From positions 1,740,127 through 1,804,126 of the forward strand of contig MU053594.1 in assembly GCA_013239625.1 (NCBI GenBank): 64,000 nucleotides of DNA, written 5' to 3'. The notes under the pieces were generated by a model that ran no database searches, had not been told where the DNA came from, and worked only from the letters and a program-made list of their open reading frames with translations. A program made the position numbers and the translations under genes. The stretch comes from Lama guanicoe. Its lineage: Eukaryota. Shown here in pieces: positions 12,931-25,850 of the stretch (position 1 is the first letter of the stretch; the number at the start of each line of letters is the position of its first letter).

Positions 12931-13819
12931 GGAACCTCAGAAAACAGAATAGCAGCACACCACCACCACTTGCCAAGTGAAAGTTACATCATGTCCCAGA
13001 TGGTTTGTTTGCAGGAAGGGTTTAAACCTGAGTTCTCCTGGCCGGCTTGCCGAGGCTTCGAGATCCAGAGCCTCCGTTCCTTCACCTATTTTTTTTTTTT
13101 TTTGATCCAGACTAGCTTTTGGAATCACACCGTTTTAGAAAATTTCTTCTTTAATGTGTCAGTAACTTCATTCAGTAGTCGACTTCATTGACTGCTTTCA
13201 AAAAAATACTTCGTAACATGCGAGGCTCACATACTTGAAGTTTAGCCTCACTGGATGCTTTCACATGGCAATTTTGACCTGCAGTTTCAAAGACAGATAT
13301 TGTACACTCATGCCCAGTTAGTTGTGGGAGAAAATTGAAAGCCCATCACCTCATAAAACAAAGGTCAGTAACATTTCCCATAAATTCCAGATTCACAATC
13401 TTACAACTTAGCAAATTATATTTAACACATGTTATTAATGTCTTTTTCCCTTTGGCTTATTTAGATGTTAGCTGTCATAAAGACTTGTAAGTATTGTGTG
13501 TATATGTTTATTTATTGTCTGTTTGTGAAAAAGGTGCTCATTTTAACTTGAGTTGCTATTATTGTGAAATGTAAGTCATCCAGTAAAAGTAGACTACATT
13601 ATGGTGCGGTTATTGGTAGTCTTTAAAGGATCCCAGTCACTTTCTGATGACTGATAGAAATCTGTATTGAAATTTTCCCTATTTGTGATAAAATGAGGAA
13701 AACAATAATGAGTTTTTCCTAAAGCTAATGCATTCGCTTTAAAGGATTGTCTTAATCTGATGCTGTGTCCTTCCTATAGGTTGTGGTGTTAAAGTGTCTT
13801 CTCAAGAAATGAAAATACT

Positions 13820-13985
13820 GGGGAGGGTATAGCTCAGTGGTAGAGTGCATGCTTAGCATGCCCAAGGCCCTGGGTTCAATCCCCAGTACCTCCATTAAAT
13901 AAATATAAATAATCCTAATTACTCTCTTCCCCCCAAAAAAGAAAACAAAAAATTTAAAATTTTTTTAAATAAAAATATAAAAATT
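13820..13985 (+). mobile_element. tRNA-derived SINE (camelid vic-1-like)
   Basis: ggggagggtatagctcagtggtagagtgcatgcttagcatg...gggttcaatccccagtacctcc plus 'cctaattact' and A-rich tail. Confidence 0.9.
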
Positions 13986-15450
13986 TTTTTAGATTTTTTA
14001 AAAAGTCCTTACTTGGTAAAATGTAAAGCTATCTACTCAGTGTTTATCTCTTCTTCATTATTATCATTATTGTTGTTATTCTTCTTAATGGTCCATTAAA
14101 CCCCAAAGTCTGGGAAGTACTGATCTAATTCCTCTCCCAGCCTTCATATGGTATGATATCTAAACAGGTAGTTACCTAGTTGTTAAAATAGTTTCAGGAA
14201 AAATGACTCCGCCTAATACATAAATATTTGCATCAGATTAAGAGAACACCATGGACATTTTGTTTTTGTTTTTTTAAATCTTATCTCCATTGTGTAAGCT
14301 ATATGAGTAAGAATAAGTGAGAGTATGGGAGGAGAGGTATTGTCTGGTGCTTTAAAATATTCAAATACTCAATATCATCATCTCATTTAATCTTCACAAA
14401 CAATCCTATGAAATGGGACATAGAGACATTTGGGTTGCTCTATGACAAAGGAAAAAATGTCTCCAAAGTAAGAAATGGACAAATTATTCATTTTGTATCT
14501 TTGCAGCTGGAGAAAAAAAATTGACGATGGGCCACTTAAAATTAACTTGCTTGGTGCTTTGCTTGTTGAAATCACTGTTTGACTCTACTTCATGCTTTCA
14601 CGGTAATTGGCCTGATTGGACAACACATAGGATAAAAACTTGTTATTTCAGTTTCAGTCGTGTGTGTATTATCAAACACGTCTTAAATGTGCTATTTCTT
14701 TTTCTTCTGATTGTCACTGCATCAGGTACCTTCAACCATCCTACCTTACTTAGACTTCCTTTGTAATCACTGCTGTGAACATGTTTTTATGACCTTATGA
14801 AATGAAAACTCTATATTGTTAAAACAACAACAGAAAAACACCTGAACTAGCTGCTGATGTAAACAGTTTATTTCTAAGTCTAGAACCCCTCTGTTCAGTC
14901 TCTCGCTGTAATGGCAAAAAAACCAAAACAAAAATTCACCGTACTAATTCCCTTTCTAAGAAGGTAATACGATTTAGCACATATTCAAGAGAAAATTGAG
15001 AAACTTTGTTTCTGCTAATCATTTTCAAGGCTGTGACAGTCACACTCTGCTCTTTAAAGTTCCATTTTGGGTGCTATGATTACATTATAGGAATTATTCT
15101 TGTAGGATTATTCAGCACTGTTAGATAAAAAAAATTTTTTCATATTAAAGTGTAAGTAGAAATTCTAAAAAGAGAGATTAATGTGAGAAAAGATGCTTCT
15201 AATTGACAAAGAAGGTGCTTTTCTTTAAAGTGCTTGGATGTCCTTCTGAAAGAGGTACAGGCTTTGGAAAAGCCAGAACTGCAACAAATGAAATGATTTC
15301 ATTAAAGTTATATATGATTTTTACATGAAAAGAAATGCCCGTATTCTCTGTCATTTTATTTCAAGTTTCACTGCCCTAAGAAAGAGCCCACATTTGAAGG
15401 CGGGTCCAAGGCGTGCCAGAACAGTCTCCTCCCTCCACCCTCTTCCTCCT

Positions 15451-15656
15451 TTCTCCCAAGTGCTTGGCACACACACCCCTCCCCAGACGGCTGTTGGATT
15501 CAAGCAGCGAGAAGTTGTGTTTTCCAATTCTTTCTGCATTCCTGGCTGCTTGCTTCTGCTGCTGAAGGGGGAAGGGGCTGCCTCCTTTTACCAGGACAAG
15601 AAAGGGACGTCAAACCTTCCAGACCACTTCCTCTCCCAGGAAACTGTTGAGCACAG
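15451..15656 (+). other. IL18: IL18 non-coding exon 1 (5'UTR); start approximate
   Basis: 'aaagggacgtcaaaccttccagaccacttcctctc...gcacag|gtagga' matches the recalled human IL18 5'UTR; 15280-15360 resembles the human proximal promoter. Confidence 0.8.
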
Positions 15657-15854
15657 GTAGGAAATATGATTCCTCTTTATTTGGAAACCTAGATACGGCG
15701 ATTACAAGTAAATAATCTAAAAAAGCGACTGAGAGGAATTTAAGTCTTCTGACATCACTATGATGGGCGACTAGTCAGTTACAACATAAGGAACACAGCA
15801 AAGTCAGAGTAAAATCTTTTTCTTTCTTTTACCCAACCTTGGAGAACATCAGTT

Positions 15855-16340
15855 CAGGGCAAATATTCTCAAGCTTTTTAGTCTTGTGACCTCTTTCTAC
15901 TCTTAAAAATTATAGAGTGTCCTGAAGAATTTTTGTTTCTCTAGATTATTTACTGTATTCTGTCATTTACTGTGTTAAAAATTAAAACCGAGAAACATAA
16001 AAAACTGACTTATTAATTGATTTTAAAATAATAAAAAGCACATAACATGTCAGTATAAATAGCATTTTAAATTATGGGTAACTATATATTTTTTCCCAAA
16101 AACTCTACTTAGAAAAGTGGTGGTGGTTTTCATTTTTCAAATCTCTTTAATGTCTGGCGTAATAGAACAGAGCTGCATTCTCATCTGCTTCTGCATTCAG
16201 TCTATGCAATATCAAGCACAGAATATAACCCCTTGTAAGCTCTATTGTACACTCGTGAGAAAATGAGTGAAAGATGAATTACATCTTAGAGGTATTATGA
16301 AAATAGCTTTGACCTCATGAACCCCCAAGAATTGCTGCTT
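15855..16340 (+). mobile_element. hAT DNA transposon relic (Arthur1-like)
   Basis: 'ttctcaagctttttagtc...tctttctactcttaaaaattatagag...gacctcatgaacccc' resembles hAT-Tip100 Arthur1 ends. Confidence 0.6.
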
Positions 16341-19300
16341 TAGAATGATAAGATAAATGTTTCTCTTTAAAGAGCTTCTCAATTCTGAATCAACTATTTT
16401 AAAAGCAAACAAAAAAATTGCCAGAGGTTGAGAATCTTTATAGAATCTGCCTCAGCATCCTTAGGCTGAGCCAAATTGGACAATATTATAGCATTTCCCA
16501 GGAGAATTTTATTTCACAAGGAAAGGGTTGAATGAATATCTCTGTTTTGATGTATAAATAACAAAAATTAGGACATTCTTAAAGTCGTCTTTTTACCTAT
16601 ATCTAGCTATCATATGTTCTATTAAATCTTCCTTCAAAATATCTTTAAAATCTGGATATTACATCCTTACATGAATATTATGAATTCCTACCTGAATTCT
16701 TATAGTTTCAGAGCCTGTCTCTAATCTGTTCCATAATGCCCTTGCGAACTCAGTAACCTGCATTCTTATTGCCTGTGAAATTAAATACAAACTTTTACGT
16801 GACTTTCAAAGCACTACGTAATCTAACCCCACCCTACCTTGTGTTCACTGCAGGATAGCAGGATTGTTCCTCTACGGTCAAAAAATATATCCATCCAGTC
16901 TACCCCCCCACTACAGCATTGTGTTAAGTATCACATAAATGCTCTTCCATGTTCTTATCCATATATTCAAATTGTAAGCATTCAAGATTAAGTTCAGTTC
17001 TCCTTTTCACACAAGGCCATTCCATCAGTTTCACTTTGGCTTTTTGCTTTGAGTCTGTATTTAGCAGTTAATTGTATACACCTTTGATCTTTAACTATTT
17101 ACCTAAAATTTTACCTGAGCCTTCTTCCACCCTAACCTCCTCCATGCCCACATACTTTCATTCATAAGATGGCAGAATTTAGAAGGAAAAGATGACTATT
17201 AGAACTGAAAAGTTAGATTTTGATCTTGTTACTGTCAAGATTTTAGGGAATTAGATAATATGCTTCCTTGTTTCCCCCCACACCTATTCTACAGAATTGG
17301 AATTTCATAGCAAGGATAAACATAATCATAATTGCCTTTCAAGTTCAAAACACTTTTACTTTTAAGCTATTAATTAGTATGTCTTTAAACTTCTAATGGC
17401 TTAACAAAGTTGACTAGATGATAAATATTTAATCAATGTATGTTGTTTTACAATTATGAAGAAGTGGTTACTGGGGCATTTGCCACATATAAATGATTCT
17501 CTCTTTGCAGCCTTAACTAGAATTTAGAATTACAGAATGCTGGAGCTAGGGAAAAAAACCTTAAATATTGACCATTCAACTCCCTCCTTGTCCAAATGAG
17601 GAAACTGACCCTCAAAATTAAATGATTTGCCCCAGCACAGATTGGAACACATGTGGTTTAATTTTCATCATGATTTTATACCTTTCACTAGCCTCTGGCT
17701 AGTTTCCAAGGCTTGTGTAACTAAAATTTTTTTGTTGCAAAGAACCAATTATCACTGCATACTCCTTGGAGGATCTATCTGGGGTAGTTTATAACTCTTT
17801 TTTTTTTTTTTTTGAAAAAAGCCAGTAATCTCAGAATCTTAGGTGAAATATTCAAAGCATTTTTATCCAATGGGAACTATAATTTTCATAGATTACAGTT
17901 AAGAAACCAAAGGAGCGTGGATGAGAAAGAAAAAGAAGAAAATTGGGGAGAGGAAGAGGACCACAATACTTGTGATCATAGATGTACTGAGATCTAACAA
18001 AAAGAGTGGTAAGAAAATAAAGAATTCAAAATAAAGAGTCACATGAAATAAAAGAGAAACTAAAGAAACTACCAGGAAAAAAAAAAGAAAGAAGAGGAAG
18101 ACTATTAGAGAAATTATTCTATTTTTTTAAATCTGTTTTCAGACTTCCCTCATTTTCATACTGTTTCTCATAGGCTTTCAGATGGAGTGAAAGTTTTAAG
18201 ACAGAAAAAAATTTGTGCTACTCCCTTTATTCATGGTTGTCATGGCGACAAGATTTATCATAGCAAACATTTACTCACTTAACATTTATTCAGCTCCTAT
18301 TGTATATAAGGTGTTGAAGATTCAAAAACAAAGGACAACTCATTGTCTTAAAGAAACTCAGATTGAAGCTGGGCAAACCTATTTGTAATCAAAATAATCT
18401 TAATTCAGTGTAATAAGAGCTATTTCAGGAGGATAAATGGTGAGCACTGAGGGGAAATGATTAGCTAGGAATGAAGGAGTGAGGGAAGTTTTCCTAGAGG
18501 AAATGTTTGAGCTATGACACAAAGGATAAAGGATTAAGAAGGATTTGGCAGGCAAAAAAAAAGGAGAGGACGTTCCAGGAAATATCTGACCACAGTGTGG
18601 AGTGAGGGAGAATTCAAAAGCAAGAGGACCAAATAAAGAAATATTAAAATAGAAGATACCAGAAGTGACAGGGGCTAGATTTAAAAGATTGCTGGTAGAG
18701 ATAGAGAGGAGATACCGAATTCTAGAAACATTTCTGAGTTACAATCTACAGTATTTTTGAGACAGGAAAAGTTAGGCAAGGTTGTTGAGAAGGACTCCCA
18801 GTTTTCATTTTGGGATAGGTTATTTGGTCATATGTGTTAAAAAAGAATTCATTAGTGTATCTTACACTTGAATCTGTGGATCTGAAGCCAGAAATGGAAA
18901 CTTGCAAGTTTTATATCCCCCAGTAATGGCCAACCTCTCTCTTCACCTTGTATCTAAACTTCCTAAAAGAATAGTTTACATTCACTGTCTTTACTTTTTT
19001 TTCACTTCATTCTCCCACCTGCCTTCCACTATCTCCACTTTCCCTAAACCATTCTGCTGATAATAATTGCCAAATTCACTGAACAAGTTGAAGCTTGTAT
19101 CTAAATTATGGGCTTTGCAGCTTCTGATTTCAAGAAGCTCCTCCTCAAAGTTCCTTTGTTTTTTGACTTCTGTGATATTTATCTCTTAGATTTACAACTG
19201 AGGTATTTTCCACTCAAGCCTGTCTTTCATTCTCTTCTTTCTTAATGAAGTAACCACTCAACAAATTGCCCAAGCCAGAAACTTTGAGGTCATCCTCAGT

Positions 19301-20487
19301 TCCTCCTTCTTCCATTTGACCCACAACCAATCAGCTGAAAAATGCTGCTGTTTAATCTCTCTTGACTCCATCCTCTCCCTTTCACCGCCACAGCCATTAC
19401 CTTGGTTTGTGGCATCATCAAGTCTTAACGGTTAAAATTGGTTCTGAGGTTGTTTTCTGGCCTGTGTCCAACTTCATGCCATCAAATCCACTCTCTACAC
19501 TGCTGCCAAAGTGAGCTTTTTGAAACATAAATTGTACCGTGTCTTTTTCCTACTGAAAGTAGGTCAGTACTTTTTCAGGAAAAAAAAAAAAGTTCAACCC
19601 CTTTAGCCTAGTTAAACAGGGACTTTATAATCTGAATCTCTCCTTTACAAGCTTTTGTCATACTTAACCACCCTGCAAGTTGCATTTTATGTGGGTTGAA
19701 CTAGGCAGAATCAAACTAATGTATTATAAAAAAAATTGTCTCACTTTATAGGCAAAATGAAAATTTATAAACTCCAAATTAAATAGTTTATCTAGAGTGA
19801 CAATGTCAAAGCCGGTACGCAAGGTGACTTGTGAACTGTTGACACTATTGCCACATGGATGTGTCTCTTATACCTGGTGGAATTATTTCCTTTTATGTCA
19901 CTATAGTACAAACTAGGCTATTCTTTAAGTATCTCAGACACTCTTGAGACATACAGGTTATTGTTGTTCTATTATTTTTTAACATTTACTACTATTATAA
20001 TTTTAAATTTGTTTTCATTTATTCATTTATTCAGCAAACATTTGTCAGATGTCTGCTATATACCAGGCACCATTTTAGGCACTTGGAGTACTAAACTGAA
20101 CCTAACAGAGGTTCTTTACCTTATGGAACTTACATTCTTGTAAGGGGAAAATTAATAAAATAATAAAGACTATGCTAACAAACTGTGTTAAATATTTAAG
20201 GCCAAACTTTTATGAAATTGTCAAGAAGGTATAATTTATCTTTGAGAATCTCAGCCATTTATTTTCAACATCCTCCTCCCTCCACCCTGCCATGATGCCC
20301 TTTTTTCAAGACACTTAGATATTCCAAAAGTTCATTCTTTTTCTCTTTTGCTTTTTTATCTAAACAGTACTTATAGAGAACCATATATATAATTAAAAAT
20401 ATTATGTGTCTATGTGTGTATACATATATATATACTCATATATTATATATAAACTGAATCTAGATAAAACTGTTAAATGACCACCAA

Positions 20488-21200
20488 ATGGAGGGGCAGT
20501 TCAAGATGGCCTGGGAAGATCCTAAACTCACCTCCTCCCACAGACACAACAGATCTACAGCTACATATGGCTCAGTTCCCTCTGAAAAAGACCTGAAAAC
20601 TAGCTGGAAGCTCCTCCACAACGAAAGATTTAAAAGTCCCTCCCAGATGGGTAGGAGAGGTAGTGACAGGGTCTCACTAAAAGCCCCACCTACAGTGCAG
20701 CCACCCACAATCAGGAGGGACATCACCAATACAGAGCTACTCCCTGAGGACTGAGAGGTCAGTGCCCAGCATCATGCACCCCAACCCTCGGAAACTGCAC
20801 CAAAGAGATGAGCTCCCAAAACATCTAGCTTTGAAGACCAATGGAGTTTACATCCAGGAGGACCATAGGGCTGTAGGCAACAGACTCCACACTCAAAGGG
20901 CTTGACTCACTCACCCCAGGACCCAGCACGAAAATAGTTTGAAAAGCACCCAGACAATATGTGAAGAAGGCTCATTTGTTAATCTTAAAGCATCTGAGGG
21001 AGGTGCAGGAGCTTTTAGGACTCCATGGACGGAGCCCTGGCAGCTGCCATTTTTGCATTCTCCATCTGTCTCACTAGCACTGGCACTGGCAGCTGGCATC
21101 TTTGCACTCCTCCTCTGACCTACTAATACCAGTGGGCACACCACACCCCCCACAGTGCTCTCATGGCAATCCCGTGAAGTCTGTGCACCCCTACTCAGAA
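20488..21200 (+). mobile_element. LINE-1 5'UTR fragment in IL18 intron 1
   Basis: Begins gaggggcagttCAAGATGGCC (YY1-type), then 'ctcacctcctcccacagacacaac...ctctgaaaaagacctgaaaactagctg', typical of an L1 5' end. Confidence 0.7.
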
Positions 21201-21204
21201 CTAC

Positions 21205-21605
21205 GCTTTTACAGGCAGAAAATTAAATGTATAGGATCAGAAAAGAAACCCATTATATCAAAATAGGGTTATCAAAAAGTTTTTTTTTTACAAATTTTGG
21301 TGTAATATATATGTGTTCCTTTATTAACACATGAAATAGCAATTATACTCTTGGGTCTAATAAATTCCATATATTTCAAAGTAGTAATGAGTTTAAACCA
21401 TATTTCAAGAGCTCTGCAGCAATTAGAATAAGAAATATGTTTTTCTATTAATGACAGTCGCAGGTACTATGAATACTACTGTGGTTTGCTTCCTACACCA
21501 TAATGCAAGGAACTGCTAAATTTTAGTTAGAAGTTGGTGAAAATAAATATGCAATTGTTTTTCCCATCCAAGTTCGTAGATTTCCCAGATTTACAACCCC
21601 TGCTC
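21205..21605. mobile_element. hAT-Charlie-like DNA transposon relic
   Basis: 'ctactgtggtttg...gaactgctaaattttagttagaagttggtgaaaataaa...tttttcccatccaagttc...aacccctg'. Confidence 0.55.
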
Positions 21606-22370
21606 CATAGACAAAAGTCTGGAAGGATGTATACTCTATTGGAGGGCTGGGGGTAGGGGGACAGAGGAGAAGAGGAAAAAGAATTTTTAACATTTTCTAA
21701 TCCTGTGTTATTTGACTTTTTTACAGAAAGATTGTATTTGTGTATTACTTGTGTAAAAAGCATAGTGTGATCCAGACTCCAGATCAAAAGCTGCTGCTGC
21801 TCAGTGAGAAAGAGGGACATCAGATGCCAGAGCCCTTCAGCCACCTCCTACCCTGCCCCCACTCCCAGACAGAAACACTATTTTTAATCATTGCCCCAAC
21901 TTTAGCACTTTGACAATGAAGTCACAAACCTTCAATCTCACACACACTGGGACCCCACCAGTTATAAGACATAGATAGAAGTAGTTCCTAGTTAAAGGAC
22001 AGGATTAGGTGTGTGTCTGGTGTCCTATATGTTGGTAATATATGTATATTTCCCCCAAAATACTAGAACAATAATTCACTTCAATAGTGGGCCACTTATC
22101 CACCCTTAATAACATTGTTTAATGAGAGACTGCTTTCTGGATTCCAAGTATCTAATGGTTTGCAAGAGAAGATTTGAACATGTCTGTTCATAAACTGAAG
22201 ACTCTTGCCATTTACTAAATGTCCAGAGTGTTCGTCAGCATGCTGGGTGGTACACTGACTTCTGAAATTGGTGGTAGAACAAGGGAGTAAGTGGTAAAAG
22301 ATTCCGTTTGTGTTAAGGGAACAATCACCACCTTATAACAGATGCCTCTTTGCTTTCATTAGGGATAAAG

Positions 22371-22449
22371 ATGGCTGTTCAACCAATAGAAGACAATTGC
22401 ATGAGCTTTGTGGAAATGAGATTTATTAACAATACACTTTACTTTGTAG
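22371..22449 (+). CDS. IL18: IL18 exon 2 (79 nt coding; exon starts at 22363)
   Basis: [26 protein letters not shown]; acceptor ctttcattag; start context aagATGG; donor G|GTAAGT. Confidence 0.97.
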
Positions 22450-23252
22450 GTAAGTCTAAAACAACAGCCCAAATACAGCGTTCAGATCAATGTATTCAAG
22501 TAGAAAGGATCTAAGGTGAACTAGTAAGGACTCTTTCTTGCCACCAACTTCCACTGTAATACTAATAACACTCTTCTCTGGGAAATATATTTATATATTG
22601 GGCCTCTAAAAATTAACCACAGTGTGTCCAAGGTCCCAGCACCTTGTCTCACGACATGTCCTGGCGCTTTAGTTAGTAGTAGCCCACTCACAAGGTGGCT
22701 GCAGGTGCACATTATGAAAATCCTACAAAATTGGATACGTTCAGGTAATACAATTTCCCAAAGCAAACTGGCAAATTACAAAAGAGATACATTTCTTAAA
22801 TCTAGAGCTCTGTGAATTACACCATTTTCTGTAAATATATTTAACAAATAAAAATAAATGTTTACAGTTAATCTTCCTTGGACAGTTTGGCTTTATTTGA
22901 AAGCTTCATAGAAAGTCCTTAGATGACTTCCCATTGAAGTAATACATTTAAGAATAAAATCTATCACTTTATAGAATTTCTTTTGAGCTACAAATTTGAA
23001 TTTCTGAACCCTAGATTTAAGCTTTATATCTAACATACCTGAGAACACACTAAGTCTAACTGGCTTCATTTGATGGAACCTTTCAGATGATTATATAATA
23101 TTTTTATGGAAGCCAACAGAGGCCTTCGCTGGCAAGATAGGGGGTTAAAGAATGCAGAGTGGCAGAAAAAAGTAATAAAAGGGTAGAGTGAGAGGAAATT
23201 CTGAGCTGAAATACAGAATTTAACATATTTTGTTTCTCTCTTTCCCTTTTAG

Positions 23253-23264
23253 CTGAAAGTGATG
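23253..23264 (+). CDS. IL18: IL18 exon 3, 12-nt microexon
   Basis: Long pyrimidine tract, then ag|CTGAAAGTGATG|gtaaag; encodes (A)ESD of the propeptide, phase 1-1. Confidence 0.92.
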
Positions 23265-24029
23265 GTAAAGTATACATTTATTTCCTTTTCTTTGCAAAAT
23301 AAATAGCTACTTGAGTAAGCATCCCACAGGCATATCCATATCACCATCCTCAGCTGAGAGAATTTATTTGAGAAGCCGATAGGCCCTCAAAGGAACGTGG
23401 ACTCAATAGCACTGCTTTGGAATAAAGATGACTAAAAGGGATGCAAAAAAGAGTTTCCAACAAAATATGCCTCTCTACACCTTAGGAAATTCTCCAGCTC
23501 TTAGAATCTACAAAATAGATCTTGCCTGTTACATATATCCGAGATGAGCAGAAAGTCAGGGATTCTCTGGAGTACATAGTAAAAGGGGATTGAAGCATGA
23601 GAATTGTCCAAAATCAAGAACACCCTTTCTCTTATAAATGCTTTGGGAAGAAGCCTGGGAGGCTCCCAGGGTGCAGGAAATTCTGAAGCAGAGGGGATGG
23701 AGAAAGGTAGAGAAAACAGATCTCTGAGGCTGAGTCATTAAGTCTTGCTAAGAAGTGGATGTATCTATCCCTTGTACTTCCGACATTCAAGGAGAATCAT
23801 ACCCATACATAGCCTATGATCCTCTAACAGACCCCCAGATTATTAAAGGTCATTAGTTTCTCATACTTTTCCTTAAAAATAGCAGTTTCCTCATTCTTAA
23901 GTTGATCCTTACTACAATGGAAATAGAGAACAGCAACTTTTTTTTAATACTATTCCTTCATGTCTCTTTTCCAAAATTTACTGCGATATTATTGACATAT
24001 TTTGCTTCTTAAAGATTGCCCTACTCCCA

Positions 24030-25850
24030 TTTATTTAATTCAATAAATATTAGCATCTGTATCTCAGGCACTATGTTAGGCACTATGATATAACAGTGAG
24101 CAAAACACAGGTCCTATAGGAAGAAGCAGGCACACTAGGAAGGCAATTGGAACATGATACGTTAAGTGTTACAAAGGCACAGGATGCTATGGGAGCATGT
24201 AGCCGGGCACCTAAGTTAGTCCAGTAGATTCTGGGAGGGCATTTTGAAGAAGGAAGAGAACTAAAAAGTAAATAGAGGTTGGCCAAGAGAAGATGTTCTG
24301 GGCCTAAACAAGAACACATGCAAAGGCTAAGATATGAAAGAAAGTGTGGCGCGTATGAGAAATTAAGAGTAATTCAGAATAGGAGTAGAGTGGGACCAGG
24401 AAAATGGTGAGAGAAGAATGATAAATAGGGTGCAGATCAAGAAGATCCTCTTATTCCAAGATACTGAATTTGGACTTTATCTTTAGGATAATGAGGATTC
24501 ATTAAGCACAATATGCATGATCTAGGATACAGATTAGTCTGCTATAACAAAGAGATCCAAAAATATAGCAACTGAATAAGATAGGAAATATTTCTATTAA
24601 ATACAAATCCAAGTAGTCAGTTCAGGACTAGTATGGCTGGATGTAGCCTGATGATGCTGGCAACTCAAGTTTCTTCTGTTTTCTATTTCATCATCCCCCA
24701 GTTGTTGAACTCATTCACATCCTTGAAAATCTTCACCACACTTTTGGGCCTATATCCCAGCTAGCAAGAAAGTGGTCAAAGTAAGAGGAAGACACTCCTT
24801 TTAAAGGCTCTGCTTAGATGTTGTAAACATCAAGTCCACTCATACTGTATTGAGAATTTAGTCATATGGCACCAGCTGTAAGGAATCTGGAAAATGACTT
24901 TATTTTGGGTGGTCATATGATTCGTTAAAATTCAGAGATAACATGATCATATCTCTGAATGTTAACTTTAACTAAAATTGAATTTTAATTTATTCTGGCT
25001 TCAGTAGAAAGAATTGCTGGGGGGGGCTAAAATGGGAGGATGCCAATTAAGAGGCCATTATTGTAGTCCCTATAAGAAATGATGGTGACATGAATTAAGG
25101 TAGGAACAGTGGGGTGCCAATGAGGGTTGTGAAGAGACTTTAGAAATACGTGGAAGAATCAACAGGACATGGTTTAGAGTTGGATTTGGAAGGGGATGGA
25201 AAGAAAGACAGTAAAGATGATGCTTACATTTTTTCATGTGGACAATTTGTACCATGCAGTGAAATAGAAAATAAGAGGAAAAGCAGCATAAAGAGGATTG
25301 CAGGGCAAAGAGGAAAATAGATGATGGGCATGGTTTTGGGCCATCCTAGTGGGGATGTCCGCTAGATTCTTGGACATATGGTTCTGAACACAGGATAAAA
25401 ATTTGGGCTGGATATATAGATGTAAGAGACATGCATAGAAATGGCATCTGAAGCTATAGGAATAAAATGACAAATCAGAGGAAATATGTAGAGTGAAAAA
25501 GTAAAAGCCATGGACTAAACTCTGACAAATACCTACAATTAAAGGATGCAGTAGAAAGAGAAGCTAATAAAACAGAATCGAGCAACCAAAGAGGAAGAAG
25601 TAAAACAAAGAAAGCCGCAGTCCCACGAGAGCATCTCAAGTTGGAGATAATAGGCACTGTGTTGAATTTTGCAGCCTTGAAAATCAAGAGCCAGAAAGCA
25701 TGTATTACATTTAGCAACAGGGAGTTTTGTGATCTCGGTGGAAGCAATTTGGTGGAGAAATGGAGGCAGAGGCAGATTGCAGTGAGTAGAAGAAGGGTGA
25801 ATGGAAAGTAAGGAAATGATACATCCAATTCTTGCCAGAAGCTCGGCTAA
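24030..25850 (-). mobile_element. LINE-2 fragments interrupted by an MLT1-like MaLR LTR (~24530-24920)
   Basis: L2 antisense end 'tttaattcaataaatatt...caggcactatgttaggcact'; MLT1-like 'attagtctgctataacaaag...tttagtcatatggc'. Confidence 0.6.

Noticed and set aside
12306..13191. Several ORFs across the CpG island
   Set aside because: Expected from stop-codon scarcity in GC-rich DNA; no protein similarity recognised
13820..13895. tRNA-Ala gene
   Set aside because: Has A/B boxes but is one of six diverged copies with AT-rich tails and target-site duplications, so it is a SINE
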